DNA of 64,000 nucleotides from Azolla caroliniana (GCA_043228905.1 JBHGNT010000007.1:13454001-13518000), one strand, 5' to 3'; positions 24,115 through 38,356 are shown, counted from the stretch's first letter. Notes: a model not told the origin generated them from the sequence alone. A program made the numbers and translations.

Positions 24115-27100
24115 GATGAGATGGTGAAAATATGCCTTGGCGGCCTTGCACCATGGTACGACGCGATGAGAACCGTTGTCTTGGCAAGGGAGAATCCTCC
24201 CTCTTTCTTCGATCTTGAATCCATGTTGTTGGTTGAAGAAAACCATGTTCAAACAAGGAGCAACACCTCGGAAGGCCACATGCTCTACACACATTCGAAT
24301 GGAGGAAGAGGACGTGGTTGAGCAAGAGGCCAATTTGGCCAAGGATGAGGCGGACAAGGTTCGACTTACGGCAATAACTCCCAATTTCGGCAACAAAACG
24401 GAAGCCATTGAGGAACCTTCGGAAGAAGGGGGAGCTTCCATTCTGGTCCAAGCCAACAAACCTCGATCAAATGCGGTTATTGCGGAAAAATGGGCCACCA
24501 TGAAGAAGAGTGCCGAAAGAAGAAGTGCGAGTCAGCTTCCACAAGCCGACAACTCACCAATTACGCCACCAACTCCGACTATGAAGATCATGGTGGAATG
24601 TTCGTGATGAGACATAGACCAAATCCTATGTCGGCCTCTACTTCGACTAATGCCTCCAATCTAGAAGATGTATGGTTCGTCGACTCTGGTGCTTCGAACC
24701 ATATGACGTCCCATCAAGAATGGTTCAACGACCTTTGAGAGCTGGATCGACCCGATTATGTCAAGACTGGAGACGACACCACTCATCCGATTCGGCATGT
24801 CGACAATGTCCCAATTGGGAAACAAGGTGAACAAACTTGCATAAAAAATGTATTACATGTACCCACCGTAACGAAGAATTTGGTCTCAGTCGGCCAAATT
24901 GTGGAGCAAGGGATGCAAGTTCGATGCAACCAAGGAGGTTGCTTCATCGAGAAGGAAGGCCGACTAACTGCTAATGGTCGAAGGGAAGGCTGAATGTTTA
25001 TCCTCGAACCAAACGAGGTAAAATAGACCATGTTTGCAAAGGGCCTCAAACCCGACACCGACATAGAGCTATGGCATAAAAGAATCGGCCATATCAATCT
25101 CAACAAACTTAAGGTGATGCAATCGAAAGGAGTCATCATTGGGCTCCCAACCTTCAAAGAGAAAGAGATTGAAGGAGTATGTGAAGCATGCCAATTCGGC
25201 AAGCAACATCGACACCCATTCTCGAAGGAGAGGAACGTGAGCAAAGGCCTATTGGACATAGTTCACTTGGATGTGTGGGGACCGGCACAGACGGCCACAT
25301 TCGGAGGATGTCAGTACTATGTTATCTTCATTGACGACTTCTCTAGATACACACGGATCTTCCTCATGAGGATGAAGAGCGAAGTGTTTACACACTTCCA
25401 AAAATTCAAAAGCGAAGTCGAAAAGACAACTGGGCGCCATGTACGATGTCTTCGGTCGGATGGAGGAAAGGAATACTTCTCCGATGCGTTCACGACATAC
25501 CTTCGACAAGAAGGAATTCGGCGAGAATTCACTTTCCGACACACACCGCAACAGAATGGTGTAGCCGAACACAAGAATCGGCACATCCTTGAAGTAGCAA
25601 GGGCCATGCTAAATGAGAAGCATATGCCCAAGTCATATTGGGCAGAAGTTGCAAATACCGCCGTCTACCTCATGAACCGGTGCACAACATCCAGAGTGCA
25701 TGAGGTCACCCCGCACGAGAAATACTATGGGAAGAAGCCGGATCTATCCCATGTAAGGATATTTGGCTCCATTCCATACGTGCACATTCCCGATGAGAAG
25801 TGGCAGAAGCTTGACCCAAAATTAGATAAGTGCATCCTCGATGGATACTCACTGGAGCAAAAGGGTATAAGTGTTTCAACCCCTCTACTCAGAAGACTCG
25901 TGTAAGTCGGGATGTCGTCTTTGACGAATCGACATCATGGTACAAACTCGAGCCGACTCCTCCCGAACCATCTACGAACGACCTCGACAACATAGAAGAC
26001 GATGATCAACTAAGGTCAATACTCGAAGAGAGTCCAATCTCAACCAGATTGAGTGGACCACAAGAGCCTCCGAGCAACCAAAGCACAGCTCGGCCAAGTC
26101 CAAAGATGAACAAAGGGAAGGCCAAAATGCCGGAATATGAAGACGATCACTTTGACGGCAATGAATCGACTCATCCACTCGATAGTGAATTCGATGGCTT
26201 TGATGTGTCTCTTACGAGGTCACCCGGAGTTGAGAAAGCACTCACATAAGCAAATGAGAAACTCCGTCATTCCACCTGAGAGAAGAATCTGGTTAGCCGA
26301 TTCGGCTACAACGACTGTATGGCATACCGCTATGCCTTTATGATGAAGATGGCAGAAGTTTGAGAACCGGAGAGCTTTGCCGAAGCCGCTAAAGATCCGC
26401 GATGGGTCGATGCGATGAACGAGGAGATGCAAGCTCTCAGCAAGAATGAGACATGGGATCTTGTCCCACACTCACACTAGAAGAAGGCAATCAGCTGCAG
26501 ATGGATATACAAAGTGAAGTACAATGCCAATGGTTCCATCAACCGCTACAAACCTCGACTTGTGGCAAAGGGCTATGCACAAACACATGGGGTCGATTAT
26601 GAAGAGACCTTTGCCCCGGTGGCAAAGATGACGACTGTGCGGACTGTGATCGCACTTGCAGCGGTGAAAGGGTGGCACCTCCACCAAATGGATGTCAAGA
26701 ATGCCTTTCTTCAAGGTGAATTAGAAGAGGAGGTGTACATGATACAACCACCTGGCTTCGAATCCAACATTCATCCAAAAACCATTTGCCAACTCAAGAA
26801 GCCTCTTTACGGCCTTAAGCAAGCACCACGTGCTTGGCACTTGAAGATAAGACAATATCTTCATCGAATCGGTTTTTGAATGTCAAAATCCGACAATTCT
26901 CTGTATGTAAGAAGCGATTCCGAAAGTCCGATCATCATCATCCTATACGTGGATGATCTGGTCATTGGAGGTGAGCATCTAGTCGACATCAACAAGGTTA
27001 AATTCCTCCTTTCCAACAAATTCGAGATGACGGACATGAAAGAGCTCCACTACTTCCTTGGCATCGAGGTAATTCGAACTCTAGCCGGGATTATGATCTC

Positions 27101-27900
27101 CCAACGGCACTACATTCTCAACTTGTTATACAAGTTCGGGATGACTGAGTGCAAGTCTGTGGCAACACCTCTCGACCGAAACCTCAAACTAGATGCCACT
27201 TCTAGCACCACAGAGTGTGAGCCGACTTAGTATCGACAACTGATCGGTAGTCTTATCTACCTCACGATCACTCGACCAGACCTGAGCTATCCGCTCGACC
27301 TTCTTAGCCAGTTCATGCAAACGCCACGAGATATCCATTTGGATTTGCTAAGAGAGTGCTATGATACGTGAGCAAAATGATGGACTATGGCATTCTCTAT
27401 AAGTCGGCCATGCCAATTCAACGAGAGGGGTACACAGATGCCGACTAGGCAGGCTACAAAGCCGACCGACGATCAACCTCTGGTTTCGTCTTCTCCCTCG
27501 GAAGTGGAGCCATCTCCTAGAGTAGCAAGAAGCAACCAATCGTCGCTCTTTCGAGCATATAGGCCGAATACAGGGGCGCGACCGTGGCTGCATGGAAAGC
27601 CATATGGCTCAAGAGGATATTAAAGGATCTGGGCGTTCCCATCAAAGATCCGATTATCCTTTATTGCGACAACATGAGCAGTATTTATCTGGCTCGAAAC
27701 CCGGTGTTCCATGCACGCAGGAAGCATATCGAAGTGCACTATCACTTCATTCGAGAGTGTGTTTAGGCTGGCGATGTTGACCTTCAACATATCACTACGA
27801 ATCTTTAGACAACCGACATCTTCACCAAAGCCCTAGGAGCTGACAAGCTTCGGCAATTCCTGTCAGACCTTGGATTGACAGTCCCTGACTTGCCAAGCTT
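24115..27900 (+). pseudogene. pol: Copia A gag-pol remainder (zinc knuckle, PR, INT, RT, RNaseH), multiple stops and frameshifts
   Basis: WFVDSGASNHM, LWHKRIGH, VHLDVWGP, LRSDGGKEY, RLVAKGYAQ, ILYVDDL, YCDNMS..PVFHAR.KHIEVHYHF. Confidence 0.92.
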
Positions 27901-28009
27901 GAGGGGGAGTACAAGCGAAAACCGGATACCGTCTGAACTGTCCGAACCGGATACGAGCCGAAGTGGACATCAACCGAAGTAGCCGACCAAAGTTGAGCTT
28001 GAGGGGGTG

Positions 28010-28295
28010 TGTTGAGAATGAAGCTCAACCTAGTCTAGTGTGTGAACACACCCTTGAGAGTGTGCACTCAAAAGTCAAAAGTCACCACTCTTATCTACAC
28101 ATTAACTATGTGTCATAGAATCATATTCTATGACACATAACTAATGAGTTTTCACATTCCCCATGACCCATGAGCTTTGGTAGTTAATGAAGAGAGAGTG
28201 ACTATATAAAGCACTCTCCTCGTACTTTGTAATTAGGTCGATTAATCTCCTTTGCAATATACATCTTCTTGAGTATTCTATTGTGGTTCAAATCT
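28010..28295 (+). repeat. Copia A 3' LTR, first segment
   Basis: Matches 13292-13579. Continues at 30912. Confidence 0.92.
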
Positions 28296-30909
28296 CCGAT
28301 CATAGGCCTTTATGTATTTATCTCAAATGTATGCATAGGTTTGATTGTGAGAAGGCTATTGAAGATAATAAACAACCACACTTGAGCATGAACCTTAAGC
28401 GAGCACCCATGTATTCCAAGATGGTTGAGGATATGTTACAAATCACAAAGATACAACATGGTGCCACACTAGAATGCAAATGGGAAGCTTTCCAGAAAGT
28501 CAGTCTCTCCTATACAAACAAATGTTTTTCGACCAACCGCACATCTTGGAAATGCACCAAGAAACTTAGGAAAAAATGGTTTGATAAAGAATATCGTGAA
28601 GCTCGAAAGTGCCTTATGGTTTTGGATGTAGTTAAGGATAAAGAGAATTACCAAAAGCATTTGCATGAGTATAAAAGGCTTATTCAAAGAAAGAGAAGAA
28701 TATGGGAAGTTACTCAACAATTTATCCAAACGCAAGAGAAAGCACATGCATGTGCTAAATTTTGGGGAAATCTAAAGGGGAAACGTGTTAAGAGTTATGG
28801 TGACTTAACTCTTCACGACTTGTCTATGCATTGTAAGAATTTATATGAGTTATCTCTTGCCGGAAAGATGATGTGTTATGGTTCTCTTTCACATATGCCT
28901 CCCTTCTTTAAAATTGAAGATATATGCATAGGACTTAAGAAATTGGCCTCTCGAAAGGCGAGCGATCTTCAATGTATAAAGGCTGAAATGCTCAAATGGA
29001 CGGGAAAGGGAGCACATATATAGATAAGCGATATGTTTAATGATGCATTGCAACATGGTATGCCGTACGATTGGACTACAAATTGGATCAAACCTTTACA
29101 TAAAGGTGGAGATATAAATAATGTAAACAACTATCGAACCATCATGGTTGGCTCATTAATGGCAAAACTATTTGGATGTATAATGGAATCAAAGATAAGT
29201 GTATGGGCTGAAAAAAACGAGGTGGCTACCGGAAACACCATAGCACCATTGATCACCTTATCACCCTTCGAGTATTAATGGAGGAAAGTCGCCTTAGAGG
29301 TAAAGGTTTATATTGTTGCTTTGTAGACTTCAAGAAAGCTTTTGATATGGTACCTTGTGAGTATCTTTGGAAGCGAATGGAAGAACTTGAGGTGCCAAGT
29401 GAATATATGCTTGCAATTTCCCGAATTTATGAGAAGCTTATATGCTGTGTGCGCATGAGAGATAAACTTTCAGATTTTTTCAAAAGCACTATTGGTGTTA
29501 AGCAAGGATGCCCACTCTCACCAATACTATTTGGTCTATGCATTGATGAATTGGAAGAAATGGTTACCAAGTTTGCAAAGGAAGAATGTGTTGAAGAAGT
29601 TGCCATTGGGAATGTTGTGATTATGCTTTTGCTATATGCAGATGATGTAGTGCTTTTTGCGAATACTTTAGGAGATGCACAAAAGCTTATGAAGGCATTG
29701 GAAAATTTTTCCATGCATACTAAATTAAGTGTCAATAGCTCTAAAACAAAGATTATGCTTGTGAAGAGCCAAAAAAGAGATAAACCATGCATTATGTACA
29801 ACAATGAGACACTTGAATGTGTGGAAAGCTTCAAATATCTTGGCCTTGAAGTTCCTTCAAATCATAGATGGAATGAATGTGCTACACACCACTTAGAGGC
29901 GAGTAAGCGAGCATACTATGCATCTGAGAACACATGCAATCTTGGAGACATTAAGTGTTGGGTCCTCAAGAAATATCTTTTCGACACTTTGGTGGCACCA
30001 GTTCTTCTCTATGGGGTGGAAGCATGGGGCAGTAGCATCCCTAAGTCTATATGGAAAGAGTTTGAAAATGTCCAAAAACATTTTCTTACAAAGTTTCTAC
30101 AAGTTAAGAAACAAACACCCTACGCCCTCCTCCTCCTTGAGACGGGATTGCTCCCCATTGAGATCATGGCCATGGAAAGGGTTGTTGAATACATGCTTAA
30201 GGTTCATAAAAGTCCCTCACATCGACTTCCTAGAATTGTGTGGGAAGCAAGCAAAAAGATCCAAAAGACGAATAAAAGCAAAATTTTGTGTTCCAGTTGG
30301 ATGCAAGATATAGAAAAATGGTTTGGTAGATGGGATGCGAGACAATTGCTTCATGATGCATCATTAGATTCCTTTGTAAATGCGGCCTTTTTGCAACGCC
30401 AATGTATCATGACATGGGACAAATGTGGAGGCTCACGCTTCACACATTATACTACACATGTTGCACCTAACTACAAAACCATATTCTTTGCGGAATGGGG
30501 AAATCGTACACATCGATACATGTTAGAGCCCATACCTTTATCTGCCATTCTAACCATTGCTTCCATGCGACATAGCTCACATGCATTGAGATGTGAAACA
30601 GGGCGTCGGGGCACAAGTGATGAGAGTGGTCGGCTATGCACACTTTGCCCTAAACAAGTTCGCGAGTCTGAGTATCACACTTTCATACAATGGTCTGCCT
30701 TTGATCATATTTGACCATGCTTTCCACATCTCTTCGACGGAGCCCAATCTTTGCATGAATTCCTCTCACAACCACAATGTGCACTCTCGATTGCAACATT
30801 CATTGGTAAAGTTCTTAAACATCGAGAATCACTACTCACTTTCACACATATCACGTGAAATGTAATATTTTTGGTCTCATAGGTTTATTTGACATCCGAA
30901 GATGATAAT

Positions 30910-30911
<2 letters not shown>
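28296..30911 (+). mobile_element. 5'-truncated RTE/RTEX-like non-LTR retrotransposon inserted in the Copia A 3' LTR
   Basis: Starts at the endonuclease SDHRPL motif. RT motifs NNYRTI, FVDFKKAFD, GVKQGCPLSP, LLYADD, FKYLG. C-terminal LRCETGR..RLCTLC..ESEYH. AATCT flanks both sides. One stop and one frameshift seen. Confidence 0.88.
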
Positions 30912-30948
<37 letters not shown>

Positions 30949-31015
30949 CACACATACTCACAACACATATCTCTAGTCTATTCCGCTGCACAAGAATCAC
31001 CATCGATTCTTTACA
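30912..31015 (+). repeat. Copia A 3' LTR, second segment
   Basis: (TC)n, CA-rich tract, ...CCATCGATTCTTTACA as in 13595-13697. Confidence 0.9.
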
Positions 31016-31020
31016 ACTAT

Positions 31021-31260
31021 GATACAACTAACAACAACAACACTCACTTCAAAGTGATCGCCCTAAGTCATATTTATACTTATATGACTTTAAGAATATT
31101 TACAAATATAGCCTTTATAGACACACCAGAAACATATTTGCAGATATGTCCCTGGATCCGGTTCATACCGGATCCATCCGGATATCTTCCGGTTCGGTCC
31201 GGTTCCTCTAGCTCTTCCTGTCCAGTCTGGTTGCTACATTCGGTCCGGTTCCTTCTCCCA
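31021..31260 (-). repeat. Copia B 3' LTR, second segment (PPT and LTR start deleted)
   Basis: Aligns to 40922-~41130 and joins directly to RNaseH coding sequence. Confidence 0.8.
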
Positions 31261-31263
31261 GAG

Positions 31264-32598
31264 CTAGTGATATCTTCTCTGGATGTGCTTGGTCCGGGAA
31301 TGGTAGGCCGCGTTCTTAGCAAGGTGGATGACACTTTGGCTGTCGCTGTAGTGCCGGTATTCTTTCTTTCGAATCCCTAGCTCTTCGATGAAGTCCTTCA
31401 TCCAGATTACTTCCTTGCCGGCTTCCACAACTACCATGTACTCCACCTTCCGTTGTTGACAGTGCAACGGACTTTTGCAGCCTCGACTGCCACGATACAG
31501 CTCCCCCTGCGTATGTCATGACGTATCCGAAAGTGGACCGGTTGGTATCCGCATCAGCCGACATATCTGAATCCGTAAAACCTTCTAGTTGGGGTTTACT
31601 TGAGCCAAATAGGAGGCACATACTCAAGGTGCCTTTCAAGTACCAGAGTATCCACTTGACCGCGTTCCAGTGTTCTCTTCTCGGATTGCTCATGAATTGG
31701 TTGACTACTCCTACAACATAAGCAATATCTGGCCTGGTGCACACCATTGCATACATCAAGCTTCGGACAGCAGAGGTATATGGTATCTTCGTCATATCCG
31801 ACTTCTCTACCTTTGTCTTCGGGCTTTGCTTTCCGAACCACTTGCAATTTGCCAGAAGTGTCAATCCGACTACTTTCGCCTTCGACATGTAGAACCTTTG
31901 AAGCACCTTTGTCACGTACTTCTCATGTGACAGCCACAACAGCTTCTTTGATTGGTCCCAGATGATGTGCATCCCCAAAATCTATCTTGCGAGACCCAAA
32001 TCTTTCATTGAGGAGGTCCAGTTCAGAGCCTTCTTCAGCATTTGGATCTTGATTTGGTCTCGTTCAACGATCAACATGTCTTCCACATATAGCAAGAGTA
32101 TCAGGAAGTCACCTCCGTCAAATTTATTCACAAACATGCAATGGTCAGCTTGCGTCTTGTGGTACCCTTGGTCGGTCATGAAGGAATCGAACTTCCGGTA
32201 CCATTTCCGGGGAGCTTGCTTCAGTCTGTATAAGCTAGACTTCTTCAACCGGCTCACTAGGTGCTCCTTCCCTTTCTTCACGAATCCTTTTGGTTGCTGC
32301 ATGTAGATCTCCTCTTCGAGGTCACCATGGAGAAAGACTATCTTGACATCTAGTTGCTCTACCTTGAGGTCCATACTTGCCGTTATGCTCAGTACCGTCC
32401 AGATGGATGTCATCTTTATAACCGGGGCAAAGATCTCATCAAAATTCACACATTTCTTCTGCTAGAACTCCTTCACCACGATTCAAACTTTGTACCTTGG
32501 TGGGTTTTCGACGTCTCCTGGTTTCAGCTTGTACACCCACTTGTTCTAGAGTGCCCTCTTTCCTTTCAGCAACTCCGTCAGTTTGTATGTGTGGTTCT
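31264..32598 (-). pseudogene. pol: Copia B RT-RNaseH remnant
   Basis: EQLDVKIVFLHGDLEEEIYM, LLLYVEDM, CTRPDIAY, AVSWQSRLQ, HSRTKHIQRRYH. Confidence 0.88.
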
Positions 32599-32899
32599 TG
32601 TTGAGAGACAAGCTCCACATTGGGAGCGTAAACGGGTACGTAACCTAGTGCGTAGACTGGGTGTGTAAAACCATGCGCAAAATATGGTCGTAGCGGTATG
32701 TAAACTGAAAGGCCATTAGAATGTTATTCCTCGTAAGGATTAATTTTGGGGGTAAGTGTAGGATGCTCATTTATGAGTAGTCAGGTATTGTAAGTACTTG
32801 TGTCAGCCCGATAATCAGGGCTTGTATAAAAGGTGCTCACTAAGCACCAAGTATGTACAAAGAACATATAGAGAATTAGTTTTGAATATAGTTACGTTT

Positions 32900-32940
<41 letters not shown>

Positions 32941-33095
32941 TCCTTCTCTGTGATTTCTGTGTTTTATCGAACTTTCATATTCTTTTACATGGTATCAAAG
33001 CGCGAGGGTTGAGACTCCTCTGTAGGTGACAGAAAAGCTTGCGATAAAAATTGAGTTAAGTTATTGTTTTTTTTCGGAAAGGATAAGACAACAAT

Positions 33096-36000
33096 ATGGA
33101 CAGAGGAATGGGAAGCTTGTTACTGACTGAGAAGCTCGACAAGAGCAACTACGCATCTTGGTCATACAAGATGCACCAATACCTGCTTAGTCACGGTTAC
33201 TGGAGTTATGTCGAAGGAGCTAATGATGCAACACCCGAATCGACACACAGAGATTTGTCGGCTTGGGAACAAGCGGCAAGTAGAGTTCTTTACTGCTTCG
33301 CATCCTGTGTGAGTGACCAACTCTTGAGGTACATTTGGGATGCTAAGATGTCAAAGGACGCGTGGGCGAATCTCAAGTGGATATTTGCTGCTAGCACAAC
33401 GACCAGGAAGCTACAGCTCAGTCAGGAGCTTAGCAATGTCCGACTAAAAGATTTGTTTGTGGCTGATTACACAGCCCGAATCAAGGAGATCTGCGACTCT
33501 CTCGCTTCCGTCAATGTGAACGTCGAGGAGGACGAAATCATGTAGGTTTTTCTTGGTGGGTTAGCGTCTAAGTTCAGAGTATTCTGGACGGCGGTCCGCA
33601 CAAGGGAGATTACGCCTTCGTTCTTCGAGCTTTAGTCGATGTTGCTCGTGGAGGAAAATCACGAGGGTGCGTCAACGAGAACGTAGGCCGACAACAAGAT
33701 GTTGTACACGGAGGAAGATAGGCCCCGTAGTCATGGCGGATGAGGCGGTTCGACGCGTAATGGAGGCGGTTGAAAAGAACAAAATGTGCTGCATAATCGA
33801 AATGCCCGAAGCAGGGGGAGTCACAGCGGTGCCAGAAGCCAACAAGAGAAGGCCGCGACGGAACGCTGGTACTATGGCAAGAAAGGCCACAGGGAGAGCG
33901 AGTGCTGGAAGAAGAGAGCCGATTCTGACAAAGCTGAATTGAGCGGAAGAGATGTAGGAAGGCGTCAGAAATCGCACTATGCCGAAGGCTCCGAACGAGC
34001 CAGAAATGGATCGAGCCCAACCTTCGTAATAAACCACAATGCCAATTTGATGGCCGTGAACACCTTGAAATCGAGCGAGGTGTGGTATGTTGATTCCGGA
34101 GCGTCAAATCATATGACGAGTCATGAGGAATGGTTCTTGTATTTGGAGAAACCAGAAAAGCAAGGAGTGGTAGAAACGGGAGACGACACTCCGCATACCA
34201 TCGAACATGTCGGAGAAGTTCCTCTTAGCCACGTCGGGCAGAAAGGGAAACTTATGAATGTGTTGCATGTCCTGACAATAACCAAGAACCTGGTGTCAGT
34301 CGGTCAGATCGTCGACCAGAGGATGCAAGTTCGATTCACGCACCTCGGGTGCTACATCGAAGAGGAAGGCCAAGTTATCGCGCAAGTGTGTCGTGAAGGG
34401 AGGATGTTCATTCTCGACACCAATCAAGCCGAAACTATGCTATTCGCGAAAGGACAGAGGGTTGAGTCAGACACTGACCTGTGGCACAAGCGGTTTGACC
34501 AGGTTAACTTCCCACGGCTTCGTGAAATGCAGACGAAGAACATTGTTTTTGGTTTGCCGAAATTTTGGGGCCGTAATGGCCAAGTTTGCGAAGCCTACCA
34601 ACTAGGGAAGCAACACTGACTTCCATTCCCCAATGAGCATATTTGTACTAGTTGAAATCCCCTGGATTTGATCCATTCGAATGTGTGGGGACCGGCATAG
34701 AACGTGAGTCTCGGTGGAAGCTGTTACTTCGTAACCTTCATCGATGACTTCACTCGGCATACCTAGGTGTGCTTGATCGTGATAAAAGAGCGATATCTTC
34801 GCGTGGTTCCTAAAGGTGAAAAACCTTGCGGAAAGGGAAACAGGGCGTAAGGTTAAGTGCCTATGGTCTGATGGCGGGAAGGAGTACTTCTCTGACTAGT
34901 TCATGAGTTATCTATAAAAGGAGGGAATTCGACACGAATTCTAGTGTAGATATATGCCAGAGTAGAACGACGTAGCCGAGCGGAAGAATCGGACAATCGG
35001 AGAAGCGGCCAGAGCAATGCTTGAAGAGAAGCATATGCCAAAGTTTTATTGGGCTGAAGCCGTAAGGATGACTGTTTATTTGCAAAATCGGACTTCTGCT
35101 AATGGAGGAGTGTCGCCACATGAGTTATACTTCGGAAAGAAGCCGAACTTGGCACACTTGAGGATTTTCGGCAGCATTGCGTATGTGCATGTACGGAAGG
35201 AGAAGAGGAGGAAGCTGGATGTCAAAGCCGAAAAGTGTATCTTCATCAACTATTCAGACAAGTAGAAGGGGTATAAGTGCTATAACCCCCGAACAAAGGA
35301 AGTTCGCATAAGCTGAGATGTCGTATTCGACGAGTCCGCTTCGTGGTACTTGCCTTCACCTCCAATACCTCATGACTCCATTCCGAATTCTGAAGAAGAG
35401 ATCAACGAGGCTGAGCTACCTCCGTGTGATGTGGAAATCGGAGTTGACAGAGAGTCTGATCTCATTTTGGCTAAGCAGGCCGAATGAGGAGTTGGGGCGA
35501 AAAGGCCAACCAAATGAAGAGCTGACGAGTAGTGAAGACTCGGTCGTGTTGTCCCCGCGTAAAGAACCGAGGAGATGGTTTACGCATAAAGAAAAAGTGA
35601 AGAAGAAAATGTTGGCGATTTCGGCAGTGCCGAGTTAGATCTGAGTGAATTTGACTTCGGGCCAATCGAGAAGGAACCTCATGAATTACGCCAATCTACC
35701 CGCCTGAAGAACCCCGTAAAGAGGTGCGGGTACAATGAATACATGGCGCACCATTACGCGTACATGACACGAGTGGCGGAAGTGTGTGAGCCGGAGCTAC
35801 GCAGAAGTGACGGAAGACGCAAACTGGCGTGCCACGATGGAGGAAGAGATGCGTGCATTATTGGACAACGAGACTTGGGACCTGGTTGATGCACCTAAAG
35901 GTGTTAAGCCGATCGGATGCAGATGGGTGTTTAAGGTGAAATACAACACTGACGGCTCAATCATCCAATATAAGGCCCGTTTGGTTGCGGAAGGCTATGC

Positions 36001-37899
36001 GCAGAAGCACGACGTCAATTACGACGAGACCTTCGCAGCTGTCACGAAGATGACTACCGTGCGAGTTCTGCTAGCCGTAGTTGCGGCGAAGGGGTGGCAT
36101 CTACATTAGAGGGATGTAAAGAATGCGTTCCTGCAAGGTGATCTTGAGGAACAAGTGTACATGGTACAACCCCTTGGATTTCTATCCGAATAGAACACTT
36201 CGGCAGTCTGTTGATTGAAGAAGGCGTTATACAACCTTAAGAAAGCCCCACGAGCTTGGAACACGAAGATTACGCAATGGTTGTGTAGAATGGGGTTTAC
36301 AATGTCCAAATCGGACTCCTCGTTGTTCATTCGGCAAGGTTGACATGGACCGGTTTGTCCTTTGCTTTATGTTGTTGATTTAGTCATCGCCGATGTTGAC
36401 CTGAAGAAATTGGCCGCGTAAAGTCTCAACTTGTGGCATCGTTCGAAGTGAAGGATCTTGGCGACCTTCATTACTTGGGATCGAAGTGATCCGTTCCCCG
36501 AAAGGCATATTGATCAGTCAGTGTCATTACGTGCTGAATATGCTCTTCAAGTTCAGGATAACAGATTGTAAGCCCATCTCGACCCCTTTGGATAGAAACG
36601 TAAAGCTTCGTCGAGATTCGGGAAAGGCGTGCGACCCGACATGGTTTTGATAGATTGTCGAAAGCCTCATCTACTTGACGATCACTCAGTCAGACCTTAG
36701 CTATCCGGTTGGAATGATCAATCAATTTATATCATAGCCCACGACCGAACACCTTCAGTGTGTGCAAAGGATATTACGATATGTCAGTGGCACAAAAGAC
36801 ATGGCGTTGTTGTATTGTGTAGACGTAGCCAAGCAGTTAGTCCGCTACACGGATAGCGATTGGGCCGGAAATGCTAGGATCGTAGATCCACATCCGGATA
36901 CGCATTCTCATTGGGAAGTGCGGTGATCACATTGTCGCGTTGTTACGCGTGTACGTGTAGAAGGGGCGGGACCACAGGGTTCTCGGACTAGGGAGTAGAG
37001 GAGAAAGAATAAGATATGATATGGAGGCTTAGCTCAAAAGGAGAGGGGGAAAGAATAAGACCATGAAATTGAAGGAGAGATCGGTGGAGGCAAGTTACTC
37101 AACAAGTTATATTAAAACAAACGAATGATTACAACAATAGTGGCCGTATGGGCCGCACCAAACGATTATGAGAAAACCCTAACCAAAGATGAATAAGGAA
37201 ACCCTAAATGAAACCCTAAAATGGTAAGAACTCTAGACTAAGTGGTATAACTCCCATATGCAAAATAGGCAACCCTTCAAAATTGACCCCTCACTCCCTT
37301 TTATAGTGGTAAGGGGTGAGGCACAATACAATAGGAGTGGTCAATTCCCCTTTCATTCAAAGGAGAATATTTGCCCTGATCTCGAGATTGATGGGCCTTA
37401 ACTCTCTCTCCTATAGCCGTCCTACTCAATGCCCATCACTCTTACACTCATTCTCTATGTACCTCCCTCTAGTCCACAAAGTGCACATCACAATTACACT
37501 TAACAACTTTGTAGAGCACCTTAACTCCTTACACTTTACATTTTCTTATTTGTCCCAACGTGGAGCAGTAAGAAGCAACCGACAGTAGGACTGTCGAGCA
37601 CCGAGGTCGAATATCGAGGGGAGATTGTCGCTACATGCAAAGTCATTTGGCAGAAACGACTATTACAGGTTCTGCACGTAGAGGTGTCCGATCCAACGAT
37701 GATCTACTGCGACAACCTCAGCAACATCCACCTTGAGAAAAACCATGTATTCCATGCTCGGACCAAGCACATTGAGGTGCACTACCATTTTTTCTGTGAG
37801 TGTATCCTTTCTGGTGAAGTCGAACTGGCGTATGTTCTGACGGGTCGGCAGATTGCCGACATCTTCACCAAGTCCCTTGGTCTCGACAAGTCGGGTTGA
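33096..37899 (+). pseudogene. pol: Copia C gag-pol, many stops, interrupted by a solo LTR
   Basis: EKLDKSNYASWSYKM, WYVDSGASNHM, LWHKRF, KARLVA, HARTKHIEVHYHF. Confidence 0.88.
36933..37557 (-). mobile_element. Solo LTR of family X inserted in Copia C RNaseH
   Basis: Begins TGTCGCGTTGTTACGCG like 45031 and ends in CA. 4-bp TSD ACAT/ACGT. Removal restores AVITWSSKKQPT. Confidence 0.82.
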
Positions 37900-38314
37900 A
37901 GCGCGCGGAATCGAATGGGTCGAGGAGCACGAGCATGGCATGAAGCCACGAGAGGCTGGAGCGAAGATCCAGAAAAGCTTATGGAACCTCAAGTTGAGCT
38001 TGAGGGGGAGTGTTGAGACACAGGCTCAACATTGGGAGCATAAACGGGTACGTAACCTAGTGCATAGACTGGGTGTGTAAAATAGTGCGCAAAATATGGT
38101 CGTAGCGGTATGTAAACTGAAAGTCCGTTAGAATGTTATTCCTTGTAAGGAATAATTTTGGGGGTAAGTGTAGGATTCTCATTTATGAGCAGTCAGGTAC
38201 TGTAAGTACTTGTGTCAGCCCAATAGTCAGGGCTTGTATAAAAGCTGCTCACTAAGCACCAAGTATGTACAGAGAACATACATAGAATTATTTTTGAATA
38301 TAGTTAAGTTTTCT

Positions 38315-38356
<42 letters not shown>

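Larger units (their letters stand above)
13292..31015 (+). mobile_element. Copia A, Ty1/Copia LTR retrotransposon inserted in the Copia B LTR
   Basis: TG..CA LTRs at 13292-13697 and 28010-31015 (split by a LINE). PBS TGGTATCAGAG at 13698, PPT TTGAGGGGGTG before 28010, TSD ACTAT (13287-13291, 31016-31020). Confidence 0.93.
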
